Origin: Psammoneis japonica | Taxonomy: Eukaryota | Direction: 5' to 3' | Length of the DNA: 64,000 nt | Assembly (NCBI GenBank): GCA_008632985.1 | Contig: QPGO01000024.1 | Span: 372,001 to 436,000, forward strand | In this document: positions 1-10,137 of the stretch, one piece after another | Layout of the letters: every line of letters begins with the position of its first letter | Position numbering within the stretch: the first letter of the stretch is position 1 | Made by a program: the position numbers and the translations under genes | Notes under the pieces: model-generated | What the model saw: only the letters and a program-made list of their open reading frames with translations | The model's database searches: none | Told to the model about the DNA's origin: nothing

Positions 1-1275
1 TTGACGGTGTCACCGAAGCGGAACGCGATGAAATGAAGAGAATGGCTGACCAGTCAGGAGCTTTGAATCTTGCAAAGTCCATTCGAAACGAGAATTCTGA
101 GAGTCCGGTAAAGAAAGGTGACGCCTGTGGTGAACTCGTATTTACTGGCACAGGTTCCGCTATTCCGTGCAAGCACCGCAACGTAACAGGCATGTTCTTG
201 AGAATGGATAACGGAAATGCAATGCTACTGGACATAGGAGAAAACACAATCGGCCAGCTTCTTCGGGTGAAGCACCACCAGCATGACAAGGTCAACTCAA
301 ATGACGCGGACGGGCTAACTCTTTCGCAGGATATCGAGTTGCTTAGAAGTATCAAAGCCGTCTGGATATCTCATCCACACGCGGACCACCATCTAGGACT
401 ACTGCGGCTCTTGTCGGAGCGAAATAGTATTTGCGGCCCAGGTGTAGATCCCATTGTGCTCATGGCCCCGGTCAACATGTTTCGTTTCCTTTCGGAATAC
501 TCAATCGCCGACCCCCGCATCAAAGACAGCTACATTGCTTTGGATTGCAGTGATATGGTCCCGGGAAAACGTAACCCACTCGGAGACAAACTCTACAGTG
601 ATCTTGGGATCACGTATTGTGTATCCGTGCCAGTAGCGCATTGTGCCCATTCCTATGCGGTTGTGGTGGATGGTACACCATTCGGAAGAGTAACCTACAG
701 TGGTGATTGCCGTCCCTCTAACCGTTTCGCAGATGTTGGCATCCACGCAGACTTGCTGATTCATGAGGCCACGTTTGGTACGTTGATTCGTCTAGTATCA
801 CCGTTTTTCGTAGCGTTATATATGTGCAAATCATAATGTTTTTCATCTCACCCATGTCATCTCGCGAAACTCAAATGAAAAAGAGGACGGTATGGAAGAG
901 GATGCTGCGCTGAAAAGGCATTGCACCGTAAGCGAGGCGCTAGGGATAGGGCATCGAATGAATGCAAAAGCGGTTGTTCTCACTCACTTTTCTCAACGGT
1001 ATCCGCGAATTCCGCCCCTCAAAACCGACGACACTAATCTGCGGACACGTCACAACACTGACGGTGTTCCAGTTGTATTCGCTTTCGATTTCATGACATT
1101 GACGCCACAAACCGTGAAGGTCGCATCGCGTCTGACTCCGGCGCTTCGCCTTTTGTATCCTGAAAATTCGGACCAAGCAGGTGTTGAAAGCGCAAATGGT
1201 GTTGATGGAAGCGATATTACAGCTAAAGAGATCTTGTCAGTACCCGGGCTCTTTGCCAAAAGTGGATTCCTCTAA
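1..1275 (+). CDS. ELAC2: tRNase Z long form (ELAC2/Trz1), C-terminal part; 5' end outside window; intron 778-883
   Basis: Motifs FTGTGSAIP, LLDIGE, ISHPHADHH, YSGDCRP, HEATF|EDGM (joined across GT..AG intron 778-883), RHCT and LTHFSQRY are the metallo-beta-lactamase tRNase Z set. Confidence 0.92.
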
Positions 1276-1313
1276 CACGCCATTCTAAATAAATGGTTTT
1301 ACAGATCCATTTG

Positions 1314-2317
1314 CTACAGCTTCGAGTGTGGTAGCATATCATCAAAAGTTGCTTGAGTCTTACTCGAAGCTGCCATAAAAGACGAGACTAAATCGTCTGT
1401 CATGAGTGCGGCGGAATTGTGGGCAGCAATGTGCTCCAGTCCTTCACTCACAGCACGATCTCTAGAATAGTTGATGGACAATTTGGTGCCTACCACTGCA
1501 ACTGGGCTATTCAAAGCAATTTTTCGGCACAAGCCCAAAGCCTTTACCATCAGTTCGTTTGGATTGGGTGAAGGATTGTAACTCACAAATCCCATTCGTG
1601 CTCCCGTTGCGGCATTCCAGTCTTCACCTGTGAGACAGACTTGCCGCACCCAAGATCCATTGCCAACTATCGTTGGCAGTCTCTGAAGAGTACCAATATC
1701 AGCAGCTAGTCCCAAACGCACTTCCCGGACGCTAAACCAAGTGCCTTCCTCACACAGTCGAACATCCGCGCAGCATACCAAATCTACTCCCGCACCAATG
1801 CATGAACCATGAATGGCAGCGACAACTGGCACAGGGCAACTCTCCACTGCCGTGAAGCACTTTTGCATTTCAATAATCTGCGCTCGAAATGCAATTGCTT
1901 TCCTCGCGGTATCGGCAGTTTTGCTCTCAGAGTCACTCATCATCAACGATGTATCTGAAACATCAAGACCAGAGGAGAAGTTCTTGCCATTTCCCAACAA
2001 AAGAACACAACGACACCCGTCGCCCCTCGTACCCAATCGACTAAATAAATCGCCTATCTCTCGCCACATCTTTCACGAAAGAAACGGCAGCACACAGCAC
2101 AAATGAGAGGTGGCGCAGACTAGATAATCGTAAACATGATTCGGTCCCTCCGAAGCCATCGTACCTTGGCATTAATGGCGTTCCGCTTCCGAGGACGATC
2201 CAGACCTACAACGATGACGTGAGGACATTCATTCAGAGTAGAAACGGAGAGTGTTTCATATTTGTCGTTCAATGAATGAGGAGTCGTCAAAGCTGTACCA
2301 ATTTGGAGCGCCGCCAT
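1314..2317 (-). CDS. ECH1: Peroxisomal delta3,5-delta2,4-dienoyl-CoA isomerase (crotonase family); intron 2070-2164
   Basis: LDRPRKRNAINAK|MWREI, FSSGLD, PVVAAIHGSCIGAGVD, EVRLGLAADIGTLQRLP; C-terminal SKL (PTS1). Confidence 0.9.
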
Positions 2318-2399
2318 GGTGTCTCGATACCGTAAGCTGTGCCCTGTGCGAGGCGCGCGCGTGCGCCGCGATGCAGATACTGTATCGGACAAGACACAG

Positions 2400-2780
2400 A
2401 CGCGTCCTACAGTACCTGCCTATCCTCCTCGCCTGCCTGACTGCCTCTCTACAGTACTCTCTATGGCACCTGTCTCTCTCTACTCTCTAGCTACCGGTAC
2501 GTAGCTACTCTCTACTACTACTCTACTCTAGCTCTCTAGAGCTACTACTCTAGTAGTAGTAGTAGTCGCTATCTACAGTGCTCTCTCTCTCTACCGAGAG
2601 TAGAGAGCTAGAGCTAGCTAGAGCGCTCTAGAGTAGCTATCTCGCTCGGTCTCGCTCATCTCGCTCTATCTCTATGTACTGTACGGTACTCTGCCTGCTC
2701 TCTCTAACTTGGAAACTAGAGGGGCCTCTACTAGCTAGACTACTACTACTCTAGAGAGCTCTAGACTGCTAAACCTGGCA
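2400..2780. repeat. CTA/TAG/CTCTAGAG-rich low-complexity intergenic island
   Basis: Dense runs of ctcta, tagtagtag and ctagagctag with few TG/CA; smaller copies near 9840-9880, 33320-33500, 39270-39350, 48460-48520, 58995-59010. Confidence 0.8.
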
Positions 2781-2922
2781 CCAGAGCTATCCATTGAACA
2801 ACGTGTTCTTGGGAATGAACAACGGGTAAAGACAAAGTCCGGCGCTCTAGAGAGTTTACTCTACGGTGCACGGTGCCATAGTCCCACCAGCTTTTCAGAA
2901 CAGTCAGACAAACAAACCACGC

Positions 2923-3666
2923 CTAAAGCTCCTTCTTCTCCTCTTCAGCTGGAACTTCCCTATTTCCAAGGAAGGACAAGAAGATGTTGTACCCGATCTG
3001 GATGGTGTTGATGTACAACAAACGTTGCGACGGGGGGACAAACGCAAAGTTTCTGTGTAACAAAAGTGTTGCGAGGTTAGATTGGTGCATGAGCAGACGC
3101 TTAACTGACACATCATGAAACGAACAATAGACCTTGATCTTACATCGTATGCGCCGGAACCTGTTTAACCAAAGTGTTGCAAGGTGAGATTGGTGCATGA
3201 GCAGACGCTTAACTTATACATTATGAAACGAAACAATAGAACTTGAACTTACCCACACTGACCACGACCCTAGAACAGCGGTCTTCAGATCGTTCTTGAT
3301 CTTGTTTTGGTAGTCCTCGAAGGACTTGCCCTCCGTGATGTTGAGATATCCGAAGAACATGAGACCAAAGATGGGGTTCCAGATGGTCTGATCAATAGCG
3401 ACCTTGGTGGCTACGGTCGCGGGCTTAGTTCCTGGTAGTTTCGAGTCCAAGAATCCATAAAAGTAATGTCCCGTGGTTCCGTGGAGCAGAAATCCAAATG
3501 AACCCATTCGAATTGTACGAGAAACGTCGTACGGCTTGTCGCCGCCTTCAATGAAACTCTGGGCCAAAATGTCACCAATGGTAAATCCAGTCAAGGACGT
3601 GAGAGCCTTTGTTAAGAGAGGTTGAGCCTCCAACAAGGCGTTGTACCGAGCCCAAACTCCTGCCAT
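2923..3666 (-). CDS. Mpv17/PMP22 family membrane protein; exons 3666-3253, 3160-3144 (17-bp micro-exon), 3052-2923
   Basis: PLLTKALTS..GDILAQ, YDVSRT, KVAIDQTIWNP; spliced product reads WSVW|VPAHTI|NFAFVPPSQRLLYIN, the family C-terminal consensus. Confidence 0.92.
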
Positions 3667-4566
3667 ATTTATCCCTGTTAAGGTTGAACCCGAAAAAAAA
3701 AGAGTTAGAAAAAGTTGGAACATTTATGTGCCGGATGAGTCCAATAAAAGCAGAGACAAAATGTGCATTGTACATAATTGTGTCAAGCACCAAAGAGAAA
3801 GAGCACAAGACACACTCAAAGTGACAATACGAGTTTGTTTCGCGTCCAATAGTAAGAGAATATTCCACCACAAACATCCCAACCACGGTACCCGGTCGAA
3901 GAAAATTCACGTGATCGCTTCGAACCTCATCACCAAGTGGCAGTGGCTCAAGAAGCGTCCAACAAGCAAACTCTTCTGTCGGGTGTGATAAAGATGGACT
4001 GAGGATCTCTGTCGCAAGTATGAACGCTTGATCGGCAAAATGGATTTCAAACAGGATCCCAGAATCAAAGTGGAAAGATATGCGGAGATAGCTCCTCTCG
4101 CTTTCCTCCACCCGTTTCGATGAAGCAATCAAGAGCGCTTTACATAGTTACTCTCTGTTATTGTCATTGTGGGACTTTCCGCCCATAATGACAAAACACA
4201 TAAATGATACGGACTCCAACAAACACGAAATCGTTCGTCAAACAACATGCACCTCAAAGCGCGTGCAACTCTGTCAAAGCTGTTTCCGCAGGAAGAAATT
4301 CCAAACGCCCACACCACAAAGAAACCTATGTACAAGAAATGAGCTGAGGGACTGTTTCAGCACCAACGCAAGTCGATTGTAACTTACAGAGAGTCTTCTT
4401 TTCCTTGTTGTGGGTTGACGCGAGTTGCGGTTGTTCAATTGTGGTGTGTTGTCGTCTGCTTGCTGTTTCTGCAAGAGAGTTTGGTTGGCCGACGGCGTAT
4501 TTTCGCGCGCCAAGTTGAAGTTCCTGAAGCTCTTGGCGCGCGTCACGGAATCTTCATTCCGGGTTA

Positions 4567-6717
4567 CCCTGGCTGAAGTGCATTGAGTCGCATTAGTCAA
4601 TTATGCTGGCGGCACTCTCTGTGCAGAGAGCAGATCAAGAGGGCGTGCCGTTTTTTTGGATTCACGACACTGACCGACCATCTGCTGGGAGACGTGTTCG
4701 GCATCCAGAGTGCTGAAAAAAGTCTGCTCTGGCGTGTTTGGGTTTTCATGATTGCAACAAAAATTTTGTGCATGGCTGGAGCGAACATCCAACGGGGCGC
4801 ATCTGTCCAGCGCACTCTCGCCAAGACTCGCCCCACTTGCTGCCCCAACATGTTGAAAGACAGGCACGCATGTTGTGTGCCTTCTGTGGTTGGAATGGAG
4901 TGTGGTGCCAACCACCAATTCCTCTTTTGAGGAAGCTGTTCTTTGACATTGAACCAACTCAATCTCTCCCCCCCGGCCTGTTCCAGCTCCAGCAGGTGAC
5001 CCGCTTTTCATCACGCAAGAGGCCAATTTTCTGCACAGTTTGGCACATTAAACTCCTTCAATTTTGATTGTTTCAAAAATCGAAAGGCAAGTGCACACCC
5101 AAAAATGCATGCAAATGTGCGCTTGCCCCTCGATTTGGCAAAAAATGGATTTTGAAAAAGTTCAATGCGCCAAATGCACAAATTGTCAAATGATGGGAAT
5201 CAAACCTGTGCCGATCACCTGGAGCTGGAACAGGCCCCCCTGCTGCTGGCATTGAGCACCTTTCCCATGCACACAGAAAAATCAGGAGGCATGTGGAGTC
5301 AGGAGGGGAGGGAGCAACAACCTTGGATGTGCACAAACTTGTTCGCTGCTCTGTCATGGGAGCAACTCCCACCCAGCAGCAGCAGAGGGGAGGCATGTTT
5401 GCAGACTGTCAAGAAGCTCCTTGCTCTGTGGGACAGGCAGCGGCAGCTTGGTGACTGGGGACAGAGGCACATGGCGAGTGCTGGGGGAGGGGAGCTTGCT
5501 CTGCCACCATGGGAGACAGGACCTGGATGGGGTGCAACACAGGTTGCCTGAATTTTCTGAAAGGGAGCAAGGAGCCTGTGCATGAGCCAATTTTGGGGTT
5601 CATGGACCCCACTCCTCTGATGAGCCAGCAGCTTGCTGTGGAGTCATCTCAAGCAACACCAAGTTTTAGAGAAAGGCCCAAAGGAGAGCAGTTTTCTTTT
5701 GGCACTTTTTGACTCCAAATCCAGAGGTTCACAATGTGGAAAATCCACAACAAGTCAGCACACTCACACAGAATGTTCCTTTGTGGGGACGGTTGCAGTT
5801 GTCTGTGTTTGCAGCCTGGCTGGCACCCAGCTTGGACCATGGCACAAGTTGAGCAGCCCATCTGACTCAAGAGCTGTCATCAACTCAAACACCAACAGCA
5901 GCACCAAGCAAGAGAAAGATCTGTCTGAGTTCTCAACAGCTGACAGCACTGGGTTCACAGGGCAAAACATGACAAAGTGTTTCTCAGCTTGGCACAGCAG
6001 CCTGGCAGGCCTTGCTGGAGACTTGGCCAACACTTTGCCAAGCCAGCACAACTTGGGTGGAAAAGGGGTGGGCCATCTGTTGTGTTTGCAGCAGACAGTC
6101 ATGGACTCTCATAGAATGCGCTGCTTGCCATGGCTCTTCCAGCAGCCAGCAGCTGACACAGCAAGATGGGGCCAACGCAAGCAGAGTGGGACCCATGTGT
6201 TCTTGAAGCTGAGCATGTGAAAGTGACTGTCCCATGTGCCTGAAGCACACTGGGGCAGTGACTTGAGATTGGCCACAGCTTCTCCAGAGTGCCAAGATTT
6301 TCTGTTTGCATGCCTTGGACAAAAACTTGCTTCTTCTTGTTCCTTGCACGATTGCTCTGTTGTTGCCCCAGAGACTCTGTCCGACATTGGCGTCAACTTC
6401 CAATGAGAGCTGAGCAACACTCATGATTAAGTCAGGGTGGGGAGGTTGTCAAAAAAAGCCTTGAGCCTTTGATGGAAGACTGAGAGAAAGGTGCACATCT
6501 GAGCTTCTGGCAGTGTGTGGCACCCGAACATCAAAACCAACTCTTGCTGGTCACTTCACTGGCCAACAATGTGTCCCAGTCAGAAGCAACTCCCATGGTG
6601 GGTGCTGGATGGTGCAAATTTCTCCCTTTTCTCTGCCCACCCACCCCCAAAAGAGAGCGGGCGGAGCCACTCAGGAAGCCACTCGAGCCACTTGGCACCA
6701 CATGCAAGATAACAGGG
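4567..6717. mobile_element. Decayed repeat/insertion, TpA- and CpG-depleted tract 1
   Basis: Only a handful of TA in 2.1 kb, strong TG/CA excess, overlapping Cys/His-rich ORFs in all frames; edges coincide with TA|CCCTG...CAGGG|TA; family not identifiable. Confidence 0.6.
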
Positions 6718-6876
6718 TACAGTGGACACGACTGCCACTGCGGCGCAAGACAGTCATCGGCGCGCTCTGACACGCCCCGCGCACGCCCATCGAGGAGCTG
6801 GAGGCAGGTGGGGCTATCGGCGGCGCTCGGAAGTTTCAGCAGAAAGTTACAAGTAGTAGAGTTTGTTGCACCTTCG

Positions 6877-8043
6877 ATGTCCCCTGCAATTGGATCCTTC
6901 CGAAATTCTATGTCTTCCAGTGACACGTTATCGCGTGAGCCTAAACTCAAGTCCTCCAGCGGTAAAATCGAGAGTGGTACGGCGCCGTGCCCCTGCTGTG
7001 CTTTCTACTTGTCCGATTCTTTGTTTCTACCACAAGTGAATCAGAGACGCGAGGAAGAAGTGGTGGCACAACCGCAGAGTCCTGACGGGTTGCTAAGCCC
7101 CCAGGAGGCGTTGCATCGAATCCTTTCGGATTGCAACCAAGAGGGGAAAGCAGACAAGATTCTTTTGGTTGACACGCACGGACATGCCCATTTAGAAAGA
7201 TCGAGCCATGGCGAGTACAACTGTGGAGCGTTCTCTACCGATCAGATTGATGTGTTTTCTCTCAGTTGCGCCGTTGAACAATCTGATTGGCCGCAGGCGA
7301 TAGAGTATGCTTCTAGATCAAGTAGCATCATCTTTGGCCTGGGAGTTCACCCGTGGTATCTGGCGGACTTATCAGACACGTGGCTCCAAGATTTGGAATG
7401 CCTTTTGAAGCAACATCCAAAGGCTATCGTTGGAGAAATTGGATTGTGCAAAATGGCGCGGTTTGTTCGACAGCACCCCGATGGAAAAGCAGCGGCTTTG
7501 TTACTACAACGAAATGTTTTTATGGATCAAATGCGACTTGCGGCTAAACTGAAACGGCCTGTGTCTGTCCACTGTGTCAAACAACACGGTGTTTTCATGT
7601 CAGTCTTGAAGGAGCTAGCTGCCGAGGCGAATGCAATGGAGCATCCTTCCCTGCACGATGTGTTTCCCCCAGCTATTGGTATGCATTCCTTCACAGGGAC
7701 TGCCCACCACGTTAAGGAAATATTGAAGTTCGAAGAGGATTGGTTGAAGTCAAGTGATGTCGACGACCCCAAACAATGTAAGAAGTTGTTCTATTTTGGC
7801 TTTTCCCACTCTGTAAATGTTGCAATGTGCACCTCCGATAAGTCCAAGCGACAAGGGATTGCAGCAATTCAAGCCGTGCCTTTGGATAGGCTCATGGTTG
7901 AATCAGATGTCCATTCGACAAAAGACGTCGCAGCTGGTACAGCTGGGGCTCTTGCTTTGATATCGTCTGCGCTTTCTTTACCGTTGTGCCAGGTTGCTCA
8001 AATTTCTGCTACGAACGGTTTAGAGTTCTTGCAGAGATGTTAG
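6877..8043 (+). CDS. TatD-family DNase (amidohydrolase TIM barrel)
   Basis: DTHGH, GLGVHPW, VGEIGL, PVSVHCV, MHSF, ESD motifs; start placed at first ATG outside the depleted tract (6910 also possible). Confidence 0.85.
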   Translation: MSPAIGSFRNSMSSSDTLSREPKLKSSSGKIESGTAPCPCCAFYLSDSLFLPQVNQRREEEVVAQPQSPDGLLSPQEALHRILSDCNQEGKADKILLVDTHGHAHLERSSHGEYNCGAFSTDQIDVFSLSCAVEQSDWPQAIEYASRSSSIIFGLGVHPWYLADLSDTWLQDLECLLKQHPKAIVGEIGLCKMARFVRQHPDGKAAALLLQRNVFMDQMRLAAKLKRPVSVHCVKQHGVFMSVLKELAAEANAMEHPSLHDVFPPAIGMHSFTGTAHHVKEILKFEEDWLKSSDVDDPKQCKKLFYFGFSHSVNVAMCTSDKSKRQGIAAIQAVPLDRLMVESDVHSTKDVAAGTAGALALISSALSLPLCQVAQISATNGLEFLQRC

Positions 8044-8608
8044 TACCAATTGCACTTGGAGAAGAAGTAGACGATGTCACGCTACATACCTGCGAGAGTT
8101 GGTGTTTTCAACTGCATTCTCAACTTGAGACCCATAGGGGCTCTTCCAAGGCAAAGAATTTCCTTTCGTGTCTGCGGAAAGCTGAAAGCTGAGTGTCGCA
8201 GGGCAAACCATACTAGGTACCTAGAGTGACTGCGGCGATTCCGGCGTTGCGACGATTCCCTACCTCCTATGGCAAAAGCTTAAAACTTAGTTCAAGTAAA
8301 AACCTAATGTATTACAGTCCATAATATGTACGGTACAACAGTGGTCTCTTGTGACATGAATTTAACATTGTCAATTCGTTCTATCTTCTGTACCGGTAGG
8401 GCCTACGGTACAGCTGTGGTGACACGGTACTAACGGGTCTGTCCGTGCATCGTCCATCATCGTGGAAGCATGAAGCATGTATGAAGCATTGAGCTATCTC
8501 ATCTCTATTGGAAGACTATTTTTGTCGCTGTTCTATGAGAGTTGCCCCGAAAGTACGTTCTGAAGACTGTACGAAAGTAAAAATCACTTCAAAGTTCAAC
8601 TCAGGAAC

Positions 8609-9682
8609 ATGGCGACGAAAGACGTGTGGATTTATCATGAGCGGCAAGACGCTGCATTGTGTGGACAACACGCGTTGAACAACCTGCTTCAAACGAATGC
8701 TTTCTCGCCCGACAACTTAGCAGACATTGCGCATGACTTAGACAGGATGGAGCTAGCATACATGGCTGACAATAACGAGGGGGGCATTCACTCAAGAGAA
8801 TACTTGGAGCGCGTTGCGGAAGGCTCGCACAACGTCGACGACGATGGCAACTTCTCTATTCAAGTGTTGCGAGCCGCACTAAAGAACGCGTATGGGCTAG
8901 AACTGCGCAACATTCGTGAGCAAGGTGTTTTGGATGAGACGCAAGTGACAGAAATTGAAGGATTCATATGCAACAAATCGTCTCATTGGTTTGCAATTCG
9001 ATCTGTTAATGGACGGTATTGGAACTTGAACTCGACAGCCACGCAACCCCAGGTTATTTCTCATTTTCGTCTTGCTGCAGAGATTGAAGCTCTACAGGAG
9101 GAAGGATATTCTGTCTTTTGTATCGTGAAGGGGTTGCCATTTCCCAACCGGAAGGAGGCGGAGGAACGACGTGGGTTTGTGTCTGATTTTTGGTGGCGAG
9201 AAGCGGACCTTCTCAGTGGAACAAGCAGTCGCGACACTGCTCTGAATAAGGACCCGTGGGAAAATGTTGGAGCAGGAAACCGTCTAGATGGAAAACCAAC
9301 AACGATTCATGCAAGTAGCATGTCGGTAGAAGACATGTCGGAGGAAGAAATGATGCAAATGGCATTGGAGGCGAGCTTGCAGCAAGAGCGCAAACCGGAA
9401 ATATCGGAAGCAATGATTGTGCCGGAAGAACCCCCACAGAACACAGAGGGCGTGGTAAAAATTCAATTTAGATTGCCAAATGGCGACAGGGTTATTCGGC
9501 GCTTCCTCAAAACAGACTCGGTGGGACTCGTTTATGCTTTTGTCAGGCACGCGTCAAATGAGCATCACAAGGAGCTGGAGCTTCGGTGTGGTTTCCCACC
9601 TAAAGACCTAAGAGATCTCAAGAAGGAGTCGATAGAAACCGCCAAGCTCTCTGGAGAGATGATAACATGCCGCTTCTGTTAG
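8609..9682 (+). CDS. ATXN3: Ataxin-3-like deubiquitinase: Josephin + UIM + C-terminal UBX
   Basis: IYHERQDAALCGQHALNNLLQ, GNFSIQVL, HWFAIR, WNLNS (Cys-His triad motifs); UIM EEEMMQMALEASL; UBX IQFRLPNG..RRF..GFPPK. Confidence 0.9.
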   Translation: MATKDVWIYHERQDAALCGQHALNNLLQTNAFSPDNLADIAHDLDRMELAYMADNNEGGIHSREYLERVAEGSHNVDDDGNFSIQVLRAALKNAYGLELRNIREQGVLDETQVTEIEGFICNKSSHWFAIRSVNGRYWNLNSTATQPQVISHFRLAAEIEALQEEGYSVFCIVKGLPFPNRKEAEERRGFVSDFWWREADLLSGTSSRDTALNKDPWENVGAGNRLDGKPTTIHASSMSVEDMSEEEMMQMALEASLQQERKPEISEAMIVPEEPPQNTEGVVKIQFRLPNGDRVIRRFLKTDSVGLVYAFVRHASNEHHKELELRCGFPPKDLRDLKKESIETAKLSGEMITCRFC

Positions 9683-10137
9683 AATTCCTTCCCAGCGCGC
9701 AAAGACTTGAACAGAGTTGTTGTGAAGCTGGCGTTTGTATTGTGACGGTGTAGCCTACTACAGCATTATTATTTGTAAAAAGTCTTCGCCCTCTTTCTTC
9801 TTGTAGTCAACTGGGCAGTTGGGATCACCCTATCATACTCTCTAGCTAGCTCCACCAGGGTAGGGCCTAGAGTAGAGAGGGAGTACCTTGTCTCCGCTCC
9901 AAGCAACTAACGAACCGACTGAATGAACGTTCGAATGAACGAACGAACGGAACACCAACGCCCTCTCTTGAGGACGACTGCCCACATCTGATCGATGTAC
10001 AAGTATAATCAATCATTTTAAATACGTATAGTTTATTATCTACCGATGCGTGAAGCGTCGTGAAAGGAACAAGCGAGACGATGAGTGCTGAGTGAACGGC
10101 CGGCGATGATCCAGTCTGTGGTGTATTGTCCTCCTGG

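Noticed and set aside
6517..6876. 120-aa N-terminal extension of TatD in the ORF track
   Set aside because: Starts at GTG inside the stop-poor purged tract and crosses its boundary; the real start is more likely 6877 or 6910
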